Positions 49,770-58,370 of a stretch of 64,000 bases of DNA are shown in pieces. A model generated the notes under the pieces. It made no database searches. It saw nothing but the letters and a program-made list of their open reading frames with translations, and was not told the DNA's origin. The translations under genes were made by a program, and so were the position numbers. The number at the start of each line of letters is the position of its first letter. Within the stretch, counting starts at the first letter, position 1. The DNA comes from Rhodospirillaceae bacterium TMED23 (GTDB taxonomy: Bacteria; Pseudomonadota; Alphaproteobacteria; Rhodospirillales; UBA2165), in the NCBI GenBank assembly GCA_002168115.1, contig NHCC01000019.1, forward strand, positions 60,288 through 124,287. The letters are read 5' to 3'.

Positions 49770-51428
49770 ATGAGTGATGAGTTGCCATCAGAACGTGAAA
49801 AAATGGATATGGATATTGTTATTGTGGGAGCCGGACCAGCTGGCCTATCTGCAGCCATACAATTGAAAAAGCTGAGCATAAAACATGATCATGAAATTAG
49901 TGTTTGCGTTGTTGAGAAAGGATCTGAGGTTGGTGCTCATATTTTATCAGGAGCTGTACTGGAGAGCCGAGCCCTTGATGAGCTTATTCCCGATTGGAAA
50001 AATAGAGAGGCTCCGCTTAATACTCCGGTAACCAGTGAAAAGCTTTTATTTCTATCTGAAACTAAAGAACGGACCATTCCCTCCATGTTTCTGCCTCCCG
50101 CCATGCACAACAAAGGAAATTATATAATTAGCCTGGGAAACTTTTGCAGGTGGTTGGCGGGGCAGGCTGAAGAGTTAGGTGTTGAAATTTATCCAGGCTT
50201 TGCAGCGTCTGAAGTACTATATAATCAAGATAATGCGGTGATCGGAATAGCGACTGGGGATATGGGTATACAAGCTGATGGAACTCACGGACCTAATTTT
50301 GAGAGAGGGATGGAATTACATGCCAAATATACTTTTTTCTCAGAAGGATGTAGGGGACATCTGGGAAAAGAATTGAAAAATAAATTTAGACTTGAAGATA
50401 ATGTTCAGACTCAAACTTATGGTATCGGAATTAAAGAGCTATGGGAAATTGACCCAGCAAAACATCAGCCAGGTTTTGTCCTACATACTACTGGGTGGCC
50501 TTTAGATAATAACACATATGGTGGATCTTTTAGTTACCATTTGGAGAATAACCAACTTGCTATTGGTTTCGTGGTTGGATTAGATTATCAAAATCCATAT
50601 CTTAGCCCTTACGAGGAGTTTCAAAAATTTAAAACTCATCCTTCAATAAAGCCAATGCTCGAAGGTGGAAAGCGTGTCGCTTATGGTGCAAGAGCGCTCA
50701 ATGAGGGAGGCTATCAATGTTTACCCAAACTTAATTTTCCGGGGGGATTACTTATTGGTTGCGATGCTGGCACTCTCAACATGCCAAAAATAAAGGGCAC
50801 ACATACGGCGATGAAGTCTGGAATGCTTGCTGCAGAAGTGGCTTTTAATGCCATTCGACATAATCGTTCAAATGATGACCTCTCTGATTTTAATATAGCG
50901 TTTAGAAAGTCGTGGGCAGGAAAAGAGCTTTATGCAGCTAGAAATGTGCGGCCATCGTTTAAATGGGGATTAATGGCTGGAACCATTTATACTGGATTTG
51001 ATCAGGTTTTTATGAGAGGCAAGGCTCCGTGGACACTAAAACATCATGACCCAGATCATCTTCAACTAAAAAAAGCGTCAGAATGCGCCCCTATTGATTA
51101 TCCCAAACCAGATGGAAAAATCACGTTTGATAAACTGACCAACGTTTCTTTTTCTGCGACTAACCATGAGGAAAATCAACCCTGTCATCTTCAACTTAAG
51201 GATGCATCCATTCCCACGAGTGTAAATCTAGCCCAATATGATGGACCCGAGGCTCGATTTTGTCCCGCAGGAGTATATGAGTATGTAGAAGAAAAAGAGG
51301 GCCCAAGACTGCAAATTAATGCACAAAATTGTGTACATTGTAAAACTTGTGATATCAAAGATCCTAACCAAAATATTGAATGGGTTACCCCTGAGGGTGG
51401 CGGGGGGCCAAACTATCCCAACATGTAA
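49770..51428 (+). CDS. electron transfer flavoprotein-ubiquinone oxidoreductase
   Basis: 552 aa with the FAD site [15 protein letters not shown] and a C-terminal 4Fe-4S ferredoxin motif ([12 protein letters not shown]). Confidence 0.93.
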   Translation: MSDELPSEREKMDMDIVIVGAGPAGLSAAIQLKKLSIKHDHEISVCVVEKGSEVGAHILSGAVLESRALDELIPDWKNREAPLNTPVTSEKLLFLSETKERTIPSMFLPPAMHNKGNYIISLGNFCRWLAGQAEELGVEIYPGFAASEVLYNQDNAVIGIATGDMGIQADGTHGPNFERGMELHAKYTFFSEGCRGHLGKELKNKFRLEDNVQTQTYGIGIKELWEIDPAKHQPGFVLHTTGWPLDNNTYGGSFSYHLENNQLAIGFVVGLDYQNPYLSPYEEFQKFKTHPSIKPMLEGGKRVAYGARALNEGGYQCLPKLNFPGGLLIGCDAGTLNMPKIKGTHTAMKSGMLAAEVAFNAIRHNRSNDDLSDFNIAFRKSWAGKELYAARNVRPSFKWGLMAGTIYTGFDQVFMRGKAPWTLKHHDPDHLQLKKASECAPIDYPKPDGKITFDKLTNVSFSATNHEENQPCHLQLKDASIPTSVNLAQYDGPEARFCPAGVYEYVEEKEGPRLQINAQNCVHCKTCDIKDPNQNIEWVTPEGGGGPNYPNM

Positions 51429-51510
51429 ATTAGATTTAAATTATAGTCCTAAATTTTTTAAAGTTCCAAGGAAATTTAGGTACTAGAAGATGGACCGGAA
51501 ACCAATCTAA

Positions 51511-53262
51511 ATGCTTAAAAAAAGAAAATTAACTTTTGCGTCTTTTTTCTCACCAATAGCCCCGCTAATATCATTAAGTTGGATAATTCTATTTACATGC
51601 GTTATTTTTCCATCAAGTATTAGTTTCTCCGAAAACAAAATTTATAATACGAGTAAGGCTCAGTTTGGAAACTATCTAGCAGGCCGGCATGCGCAATTTA
51701 ACTCCGATCCTAAATTTGCAATTAAATATTATCTATCGTCACTAAGAATCAATCCAAAAAATGTGGAACTTCGCAAAAGAGTAATAGCTTTAATGGTTTC
51801 GGAAGGCAGAATTAAAGAAGCTCTTGTTCAAGCGGATTTTATATCAAAAGTTGAGACCAAAAATACTGATTTTATAACACTATTAAACGTATTAAAAAAT
51901 GCAAAGAATCAAGATTTCTCATCTGTGAAACACAAAATCAAAAACCTTTCCACTAAAGGTTTAAATACTTTCCTACTCCCCATGCTTCAGGCTTGGGTTC
52001 TTGCCGCAGAAAAGAAATATGACGAGGCCCTGAAAATTCTTGATCAAGAGACAAATAACGATGGTCTAAAAACATTATTTTCAGTGCATGGGGCGCTTAT
52101 TTGCGAAAGAGCAGGGCGGAATCAAGACGCAATTAAACGTTATCAATTAGCACTTAAACTAAGAGAGAATCCAAATCTTCGAATTACTATTTTACTTGGA
52201 AATTTATACGAAAGAATGGGTATATATGGTAAAGCCACCGAACTTTATAACAAGTTTAAATCAGAGCGACCAAATACGACACTGTTAAGCAGTGCATACC
52301 AACGTATTAAGTTTAAGAAAAAACCAGCCCCCCTTCATGCTTCAGCAAAAGATGGTGTAGCTGAAGCCCTCTTTAGTCTAGCTTCAGCAATACAAACTCA
52401 AAATCCGTTTCAAACCCTTATTTACGGGCGTCTCGCAAGTTACGTCCGCCCTTCCTTATCCATTGCAAATCTTATAGTAGCTGAGTCTCTCGAAGAGAAT
52501 AATAGGGTTCTGGACGCAAATAAAGTTTATTCTAGAATTATAGACGACCCCTATTATTCTTGGATTGTCAGATTGCGAATTGCCGATAATCTTGATCGTT
52601 TAGGAAAAACAGAAAAGGCAATCAAGACTTTGAAGATAATGGCACAAGAAAATAAACAGCGAATTGATGCCCTTATAAACATGGGGAACATATTACAACG
52701 TCATAAAAGATACGAAGAGTCATCTAAGCCATATGAAGAAGCGAAGAAACGCATTCGTCAATTTAAGAAACGTCATTGGTCACTTCATTACTCCCTTGGA
52801 ATTTCATATGAAAGACAAAAAAAGTGGGCTCTAGCAGAGAAAAATTTCCTCATGGCGCTTGAATTACAACCTAATCAGCCAAGTGTTCTAAACTACTTAG
52901 GATATTCCTGGGTAGATCAAGGTGTTAAACTGGCCAGAGCAGAGACTATGATAAGAAATGCAGTAAAACAGCGCCCGAGGGACGGATATATTGTAGATAG
53001 TTTAGGATGGGTTTTATATAGACTAGGAAATCTTGAAGGCGCCGTCAAAGCTCTGGAGAGAGCCGTTCAAATCAGGCCAGAAGACCCTACAATTAATGAC
53101 CACCTAGGGGATATTTATTGGGCCATCGGCCGGAAAAGAGAGGCAACATTCCAGTGGAATCGCGCTTTAATCCTCGATCCTGAAGAGGACCAAATTACCA
53201 AAATAAAGAAAAAACTCTCTGATGGCCTCCCTAAAATTCCGGATGTAAAAAAGGCAAGGTAA
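51511..53262 (+). CDS. tetratricopeptide repeat protein (signal/TM-anchored)
   Basis: 583 aa with an N-terminal hydrophobic segment and multiple TPR-like A..Y/F..AL repeats. It lies upstream of ispE. Confidence 0.75.
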   Translation: MLKKRKLTFASFFSPIAPLISLSWIILFTCVIFPSSISFSENKIYNTSKAQFGNYLAGRHAQFNSDPKFAIKYYLSSLRINPKNVELRKRVIALMVSEGRIKEALVQADFISKVETKNTDFITLLNVLKNAKNQDFSSVKHKIKNLSTKGLNTFLLPMLQAWVLAAEKKYDEALKILDQETNNDGLKTLFSVHGALICERAGRNQDAIKRYQLALKLRENPNLRITILLGNLYERMGIYGKATELYNKFKSERPNTTLLSSAYQRIKFKKKPAPLHASAKDGVAEALFSLASAIQTQNPFQTLIYGRLASYVRPSLSIANLIVAESLEENNRVLDANKVYSRIIDDPYYSWIVRLRIADNLDRLGKTEKAIKTLKIMAQENKQRIDALINMGNILQRHKRYEESSKPYEEAKKRIRQFKKRHWSLHYSLGISYERQKKWALAEKNFLMALELQPNQPSVLNYLGYSWVDQGVKLARAETMIRNAVKQRPRDGYIVDSLGWVLYRLGNLEGAVKALERAVQIRPEDPTINDHLGDIYWAIGRKREATFQWNRALILDPEEDQITKIKKKLSDGLPKIPDVKKAR

Positions 53263-53266
53263 TATA

Positions 53267-54142
53267 TTGTTGCAGCCCAAAATAAAAAAAGTTTCTTTTT
53301 TTGCGCCAGTAAAAATAAATCTCTCCTTACAGATTATAGGTCGTCGTCACGATGGATTTCATTTGCTCGAAAGTTTGGTTGTTTTCGCAGACAAAGGTGA
53401 TGAATTATCGGTATCCAAATCTGATTCTTTGACATTAAAAATAAAAGGTCCTTTTGCGGGAAGCCTCTCAACTGATAAAAACAATTTAGTTATGAGAGCT
53501 GCCACTTTACTAGCAGAATTTCATAAAATCGAGCCAAAGGCCCACATTGAGCTAAATAAAAATATTCCAGTTTCATCTGGATTGGGCGGTGGGTCCGCCG
53601 ATGCTGCCGCAACTCTGCATGCTCTAACAGAACTCTGGAAACTTCCCATCTCGGACCAGGAGCTCAATAAGATAGCGAGACTAATTGGTTCTGATGTTTC
53701 AGTTTGCCTAAATCAAAAATCGGCTATCATTGAAGGTATTGGTGAGAGAGTGAGCAGACTTGGTAATCTGCCAAAGTTTGGCATATTACTTGTAAACTCG
53801 AATTCTACCGTCTCAACGCAAAAAGTTTTTCAGAAATATCATGGAAATTTTTCAGTACCCGGATCATTAAATAATATTCCAAAAGATCGAGAAACCTTTC
53901 ACAAATTTTTGCGAGATCTTCATAACGATCTCACACAAGCATCAATTTATACAGCCCCTGAAATCAAAAATATTTTATCTGTTTTGACCGAACTGGACAA
54001 TCAATTATTAGTTCGATTAACCGGTTCAGGAGGCACATGTTTTGCACTTTTCGACGGTATTAAAAATGCACAAGAAGCTGCAGAGAAACTCAAAATTAAG
54101 TTCCCTGGCTGGTGGATTGAGCCAGCGAGTATTCTAACATAA
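53267..54142 (+). CDS. ispE: 4-(cytidine 5'-diphospho)-2-C-methyl-D-erythritol kinase
   Basis: 291 aa with a GHMP kinase pattern (FAPVKINLSLQI, KNIPVSSGLGGGSADAAA). TTG start. Confidence 0.9.
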   Translation: MLQPKIKKVSFFAPVKINLSLQIIGRRHDGFHLLESLVVFADKGDELSVSKSDSLTLKIKGPFAGSLSTDKNNLVMRAATLLAEFHKIEPKAHIELNKNIPVSSGLGGGSADAAATLHALTELWKLPISDQELNKIARLIGSDVSVCLNQKSAIIEGIGERVSRLGNLPKFGILLVNSNSTVSTQKVFQKYHGNFSVPGSLNNIPKDRETFHKFLRDLHNDLTQASIYTAPEIKNILSVLTELDNQLLVRLTGSGGTCFALFDGIKNAQEAAEKLKIKFPGWWIEPASILT

Positions 54143-54254
54143 AGTTAAACGAGAGAAATTTGAATTTTAAACGTAACTTACTTGCGTATTTTAACGAAGT
54201 TGAGTAAGTTGCGTTTCGCACGATACATGTTTATTTAATGTAGTAAAATTATGA

Positions 54255-54331
54255 TGGGGCGTAGCCAAGTGGCCTAAGGCACCGGCTTTTGATGCCGGCA
54301 TTCGGAGGTTCGAATCCTCCCGCCCCAGCCA
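54255..54331 (+). tRNA. tRNA-Gln (anticodon UUG)
   Basis: Manual cloverleaf fold. Acceptor TGGGGCG pairs with CGCCCCA (U1-A72, typical of bacterial tRNA-Gln). Anticodon stem CCGGC/GCCGG encloses loop TTTTGAT (anticodon TTG). T arm is GGAGG-TTCGAAT-CCTCC. Discriminator G and an encoded CCA follow. Confidence 0.9.
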
Positions 54332-54483
54332 ACAATTCCTCAGTTATATCGGCTAATTAAGACCCAGAACTCGCAGTGAAAAATCTACACAATTTGATCT
54401 ATTCAAGATATTAGAGCGTATGAATGAATATCAACAGCAAGTAATGGAGATATTAAGTGTTTAGGAGTATTTATGAGGTGATA

Positions 54484-54717
54484 ATGGATGCGGAAAAAAA
54501 CCCATTTATGCAATTACCTAAGATTGTTCGTTTTCAATTAATGATAGTAATGTCCTACATGTGGTCTGCTGTGTTCACTATTTGGATAGGTTCTATGTAT
54601 ACTCTGTGGCCAAGCATTGTAGGACACACAGCTCTGTTAGTAGGCGTGTTTTTCACAGCAGATATCTTCAGACGCGCTAATGACAAAAAACTGGTTCCTT
54701 TGAAAATAAAGTTGTAG
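54484..54717 (+). CDS. small two-TM membrane protein, unknown function
   Basis: 77 aa from the ATG at 54484, preceded by GAGGTGA. It has two hydrophobic helices (FQLMIVMSYMWSAVFTIWIG and HTALLVGVFFTADIF). The ORF-track GTG start at 54457 is less likely. Confidence 0.45.
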   Translation: MDAEKNPFMQLPKIVRFQLMIVMSYMWSAVFTIWIGSMYTLWPSIVGHTALLVGVFFTADIFRRANDKKLVPLKIKL

Positions 54718-54720
54718 TTT

Positions 54721-55545
54721 TTAGGGAGTTGACCTAAATAATTGTTGATCATTGACCCGATAAGTGTCTATCGCGTTTTTCCCTTCTTGTGAAGTCATCC
54801 ATAATATAAATTGAAGCCCTTCTTTCGCTTTAATGTGAGGGTGTTTTAAAGGATCGACCAAAATCATGCCGTATGGATTTATTAAGCTTGGACCTCCCCC
54901 TACCAATAATACCAATTCGCGCCGATTTTTAAAGCTTATCCAAGTACCTCTGTCGCTCAAAGTATATCCGTTTTTCGCAGCTGTTATGTTGAGTGTACTC
55001 CCCATACCGGCTCCGACCTGTTGATACCAATCACCTGAATATTTTAAAGGGTTAAAATCAAGTTGGTTCCATATTGATAGCTCTTTCTTGTGCGTGCCGG
55101 AATCGTCTCCTCTTGATATAAATATTTTTTTTAATCGAGCAATTCTCTCAAAGGCAAGACCTACCTTCCTGATATCCCTAATACCGGCAGGATCTGATTT
55201 GGGGCCAATAATAACGAAATCATTGTACATTACTTCTATGCGCTTCACGCCAAATCCCTGCTCAATAAATTGCAGTTCAGAAGGTTTGTGATGAACAAAT
55301 AAAACATCTGCGTCGCCTTGCCGTGCGATTCTTAACGCTTGGCCAGTGCCAACTGCAACAACCCTAACTTTTATACCCGTTTTCTTCTCAAATAATGGTA
55401 GAATTGCAGAAAACAAACCTGAATTCTGAGTTGAAGTGGTGGAAGCGACCGTAATATATTTATCCTTTGCCAACACAATATGGTACGGCAAAAAAATAAG
55501 TATTACACTTATGAAAGTAATTCTTAATTCTCTTAGTAAACGCAT
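54721..55545 (-). CDS. tupA: TupA-like tungstate/molybdate-type periplasmic binding protein (orphan)
   Basis: 274 aa with a signal peptide. ITVASTTSTQNSGLFSAILPLFEKKTGIKVRVVAVGTGQALRIARQGDADVLFVH...MYNDFVIIGPKSDPAGI closely follows the TupA pattern as I recall it. No permease or ATPase gene is adjacent. Confidence 0.75.
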   Translation of the reverse strand: MRLLRELRITFISVILIFLPYHIVLAKDKYITVASTTSTQNSGLFSAILPLFEKKTGIKVRVVAVGTGQALRIARQGDADVLFVHHKPSELQFIEQGFGVKRIEVMYNDFVIIGPKSDPAGIRDIRKVGLAFERIARLKKIFISRGDDSGTHKKELSIWNQLDFNPLKYSGDWYQQVGAGMGSTLNITAAKNGYTLSDRGTWISFKNRRELVLLVGGGPSLINPYGMILVDPLKHPHIKAKEGLQFILWMTSQEGKNAIDTYRVNDQQLFRSTP

Positions 55546-55790
55546 CTCCCAAAGCTAAAGTTAAGCTAAGCAATTTGCAAGTTTAACTCGAACCAAACCA
55601 AAATAAACAATTTTATTATAAACTATTGATTCAAATTCTAAATTTAGTTAATAAGGTCTTAACCAGAGCATTTTGAAAGTGCCATAATATATAAGATTGA
55701 ATGACGAAGAATTTGTCATTTAGGTGAAATGCGGGCAAGGATCACCCCATTCACTAATAACATTGCATCCCGACAGGAGGTCGGAAACCA

Positions 55791-58370
55791 ATGGCGGTTG
55801 GTGTGTTTAGTTCTTCAGCGTTGATTGGCGCCCTGAGCGGAGGCGTTACAAATATCACGCGCGCGCTAGTAGGTCAAAGTGGTCAGGCACAAAATACCGC
55901 TGCAAACAGCATTGACCGGATTTTTGCAAGGCGCATAAGTGAAGCTACGGCAGAACTTACATCCAATCGATCCTCACCAGAAACAGATAAATTGCTCCTG
56001 AATAGAGCGAATATTATTAACCGCAGAGAACGCGTAACGAATAGCATCGCAGTGGTTAATAAGGCCCTCGGCCAAATGTCCTTTCTTAAAAATCATGTAA
56101 CTTTTCTGAGAGAACAACTTACGGGCCTCGAAGCTGGAACTTTATCAGCTTCAGACGTGGCTGTTGAGTGGGATAATAAACTTCGTAAAATAAATAATTT
56201 GGCATTTGACGCCTCGGAGTTTTTCAAAACAGAGGGCCTGACAACCCAGCTCAATTTAATTGATAGTGGCTCGCGTACAAATTTCCAAGCTGATACTCTT
56301 GTCGCACCCTTCAATACAACGGGGGACACATTAGAGGTTAAAGGAGGATATCTGGGCACCGATTACTTTATTACAGAAAATGCGAGCGCCGATCTGCTCC
56401 ACTCAGATACTGCCTACCTTGCGACTGAAGCTGCAGTGGGTGCGGTAACCCAGCAGGTTAATACAAGCCAATTCATAGACGAAGATGCGACATTAAAAAA
56501 CAATTCCAGTACCGCACAAGTTATTTCTAGAGCAGCTTTCGCAGAGGCATCACAAAATGCAGCAGAGAATGCGGACATAATAAACCCTACCGGCACCAAA
56601 TGGGTCTCAATTTCAGGAGAATTAAAAAATGACGATACTAGCTCTTTTCCAGGGGACACTTATAGAATTTTTGTTCACGCCGGCGAGACCTTAACGGTCG
56701 ATATTGATAAGGGGTTTACCGATGCTGGTATTGCGAGTTTTGGGGATAGCGTAGACACCAGGGTAATATTTAGAACGGATTCTATTAATGGTGGAAGTAA
56801 TACTTTTATATTATCGGATAGCGTTGGTGGGTTAAGTGACGAAGCAACAACAAGCACCAACGCTTTAGACACTTCTACGGCTAGTTCAGGTTCAGATGGT
56901 ACGTTTGGTGGTAGTGAATTTCTTAGCAGTAGTTCTAATGATCCTCATTTTTCTATTGTCATCACGACCAGTCATGCGCAGACCTCTTCAAATTCAGAGT
57001 TGGGATCAGTTATTCTCAAAGTCAGGGCCGAAAGCGCAAGTCAAAGCGACCCATTTGGAACATATACACTAAATATTGGCATTACACCTACAAACGATTC
57101 CACAGGACTTGGCGGCACAAACCTTGTTGATTTGGGCACACTTCCTGTTACTGGAATGACCGTTAGCGCCGATGGTCTAGTTAATAACCGGTCCACGGGC
57201 GCCGCAACAACAGGTTTTGACCCCACCACCGGTGCCATCACTTTTGAAGTTAGCGGTTTCGCAACGGCTCAAACAATTAGCGAGACGTCGAGATCAAATG
57301 ATACAACCGCAACGGCTCAAATCGTTCCAAGATCCGCCTTTCAGGTGAGTTCCACCGATCAAGTCTCAAGCTCGATCAGTGACAAACCGAGAGTTGCATT
57401 ATCGGGCACACTGACGAGTGGTAGCGATGCCGCAGACATCTATGAATTTCAGGCAAAGGAAGGTGAAGCCTATCAGTTTGACATCGACGGCGGATTTGGA
57501 GCGGGAAGTGATAGTGTGGACACCAAACTCACCTTCATTGACACAGACGGAACTGAATATACCTCCCTCACCTCAAATACAGCATCGGGCGGCTCTGGGA
57601 GCGGCACGGGATCTGTGGGCACAACAACTGACGCCGACGGTGGAGGCGATACTTTAACACTAATCAATAGCCGGGATCCTCTAATTTCAATGGGTACGAG
57701 TTTAGGTTTAGATAGCAGTGGTAACCGAAGTCCCTCAACGTTTACAGCAAGTTCAGAGGGAACTTTCTATGTTAAGGTCGAGAGTATCGATAGTGCAGAG
57801 AGCCTTGGTCGATCGGATTTCACGCTCGATACGGTATCTGGTGACAGCACAGGCAATCAGACGGGAGACTATACACTTAACGTCAGTGTAAAAAAAGTAT
57901 CAGAGAAGTCTTCTGGTCTAGGCAACCTATTTCATGGCGCAGTCACAGGCGGCGGACAGGCGCTCCTTGACGCCTGGGTTTATAAAAACTTTAATAATGC
58001 AACATCAATAACACAGGCAAAAGCGGCCCTCGATGTTGCAGAAAGTAAAATTTTATTAGCCGAATCTGATTTAGTGAATGACAGGAATACATTGCGGTCA
58101 CGAGCTAGCCTATTTCAAGAGCAAATAGATGGCATAAGCAGTGAAGTTCAAAATTTAGTTGAAGAAATCCAAGATGCGGCGCGAGCCAAGGTCCTCGCCC
58201 GTCAACTTGAATTCACCATCGCACAATTTGATTTTACATTGCTAGCTGCTCGGAGTTCAACCCTTGTGCAAAGTCTTTTGATCTCTGGGGATTCGCAGAG
58301 TTCGGTTTTAAATGTAAATGCGAGCCGTACGCTAATCAATATTGGACAAAATACCAATATCTCAGCCTAA
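55791..58370 (+). CDS. giant flagellin-like protein: helical flagellin-type termini flanking two PPC-like modules
   Basis: 859-aa ORF with a CAGGAGG RBS 10 nt upstream. The N- and C-terminal ~150 aa are helical with flagellin-like patterns (detailed in findings). The central S/T/G/D-rich region contains a tandem duplicated module. G+C is visibly higher than in the neighbours. Confidence 0.5.
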   Translation: MAVGVFSSSALIGALSGGVTNITRALVGQSGQAQNTAANSIDRIFARRISEATAELTSNRSSPETDKLLLNRANIINRRERVTNSIAVVNKALGQMSFLKNHVTFLREQLTGLEAGTLSASDVAVEWDNKLRKINNLAFDASEFFKTEGLTTQLNLIDSGSRTNFQADTLVAPFNTTGDTLEVKGGYLGTDYFITENASADLLHSDTAYLATEAAVGAVTQQVNTSQFIDEDATLKNNSSTAQVISRAAFAEASQNAAENADIINPTGTKWVSISGELKNDDTSSFPGDTYRIFVHAGETLTVDIDKGFTDAGIASFGDSVDTRVIFRTDSINGGSNTFILSDSVGGLSDEATTSTNALDTSTASSGSDGTFGGSEFLSSSSNDPHFSIVITTSHAQTSSNSELGSVILKVRAESASQSDPFGTYTLNIGITPTNDSTGLGGTNLVDLGTLPVTGMTVSADGLVNNRSTGAATTGFDPTTGAITFEVSGFATAQTISETSRSNDTTATAQIVPRSAFQVSSTDQVSSSISDKPRVALSGTLTSGSDAADIYEFQAKEGEAYQFDIDGGFGAGSDSVDTKLTFIDTDGTEYTSLTSNTASGGSGSGTGSVGTTTDADGGGDTLTLINSRDPLISMGTSLGLDSSGNRSPSTFTASSEGTFYVKVESIDSAESLGRSDFTLDTVSGDSTGNQTGDYTLNVSVKKVSEKSSGLGNLFHGAVTGGGQALLDAWVYKNFNNATSITQAKAALDVAESKILLAESDLVNDRNTLRSRASLFQEQIDGISSEVQNLVEEIQDAARAKVLARQLEFTIAQFDFTLLAARSSTLVQSLLISGDSQSSVLNVNASRTLINIGQNTNISA
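56511..57086 (+). repeat. internal protein repeat module 1 (PPC-like) of the flagellin-like gene
   Basis: aa 241-432: TAQVISRAAF...ISGELKNDDTSSFPGDTYRIFVHAGETLTVDIDKGF..GDSVDTRVIFRTD...GTYTLNIGI. It aligns by eye with module 2. Confidence 0.55.
57312..57890 (+). repeat. internal protein repeat module 2 (PPC-like) of the flagellin-like gene
   Basis: aa 508-700: TAQIVPRSAF...LSGTLTSGSDAADIYEFQAKEGEAYQFDIDGGFGAGSDSVDTKLTFIDTD...GTFYVKVES...GDYTLNVSV. Confidence 0.55.

Noticed and set aside
51448-51480. Hairpin CCTAAATTT-N15-AAATTTAGG after ETF-QO, as a terminator
   Set aside because: The stem is mostly A-T, the loop is large at 15 nt and no U-tract follows.
54332-54483. Attachment-site-like direct repeat of the tRNA-Gln 3' end downstream of the tRNA
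   Set aside because: I found no copy of GGTTCGAATCCTCCCGCCCCA or a substantial part of it between 54332 and 58400 by eye. No integrase gene is present.
55659-55688. Sigma28-like promoter (TTAAC-N17-GCCATAAT) upstream of the flagellin-like gene
   Set aside because: The -10 resembles GCCGATAA only with a one-base deletion, the spacing is 2 nt off the TAAA-N15 consensus and the -35 is imperfect. No sigma54 GG-N10-GC element was found either. This is too weak to call.
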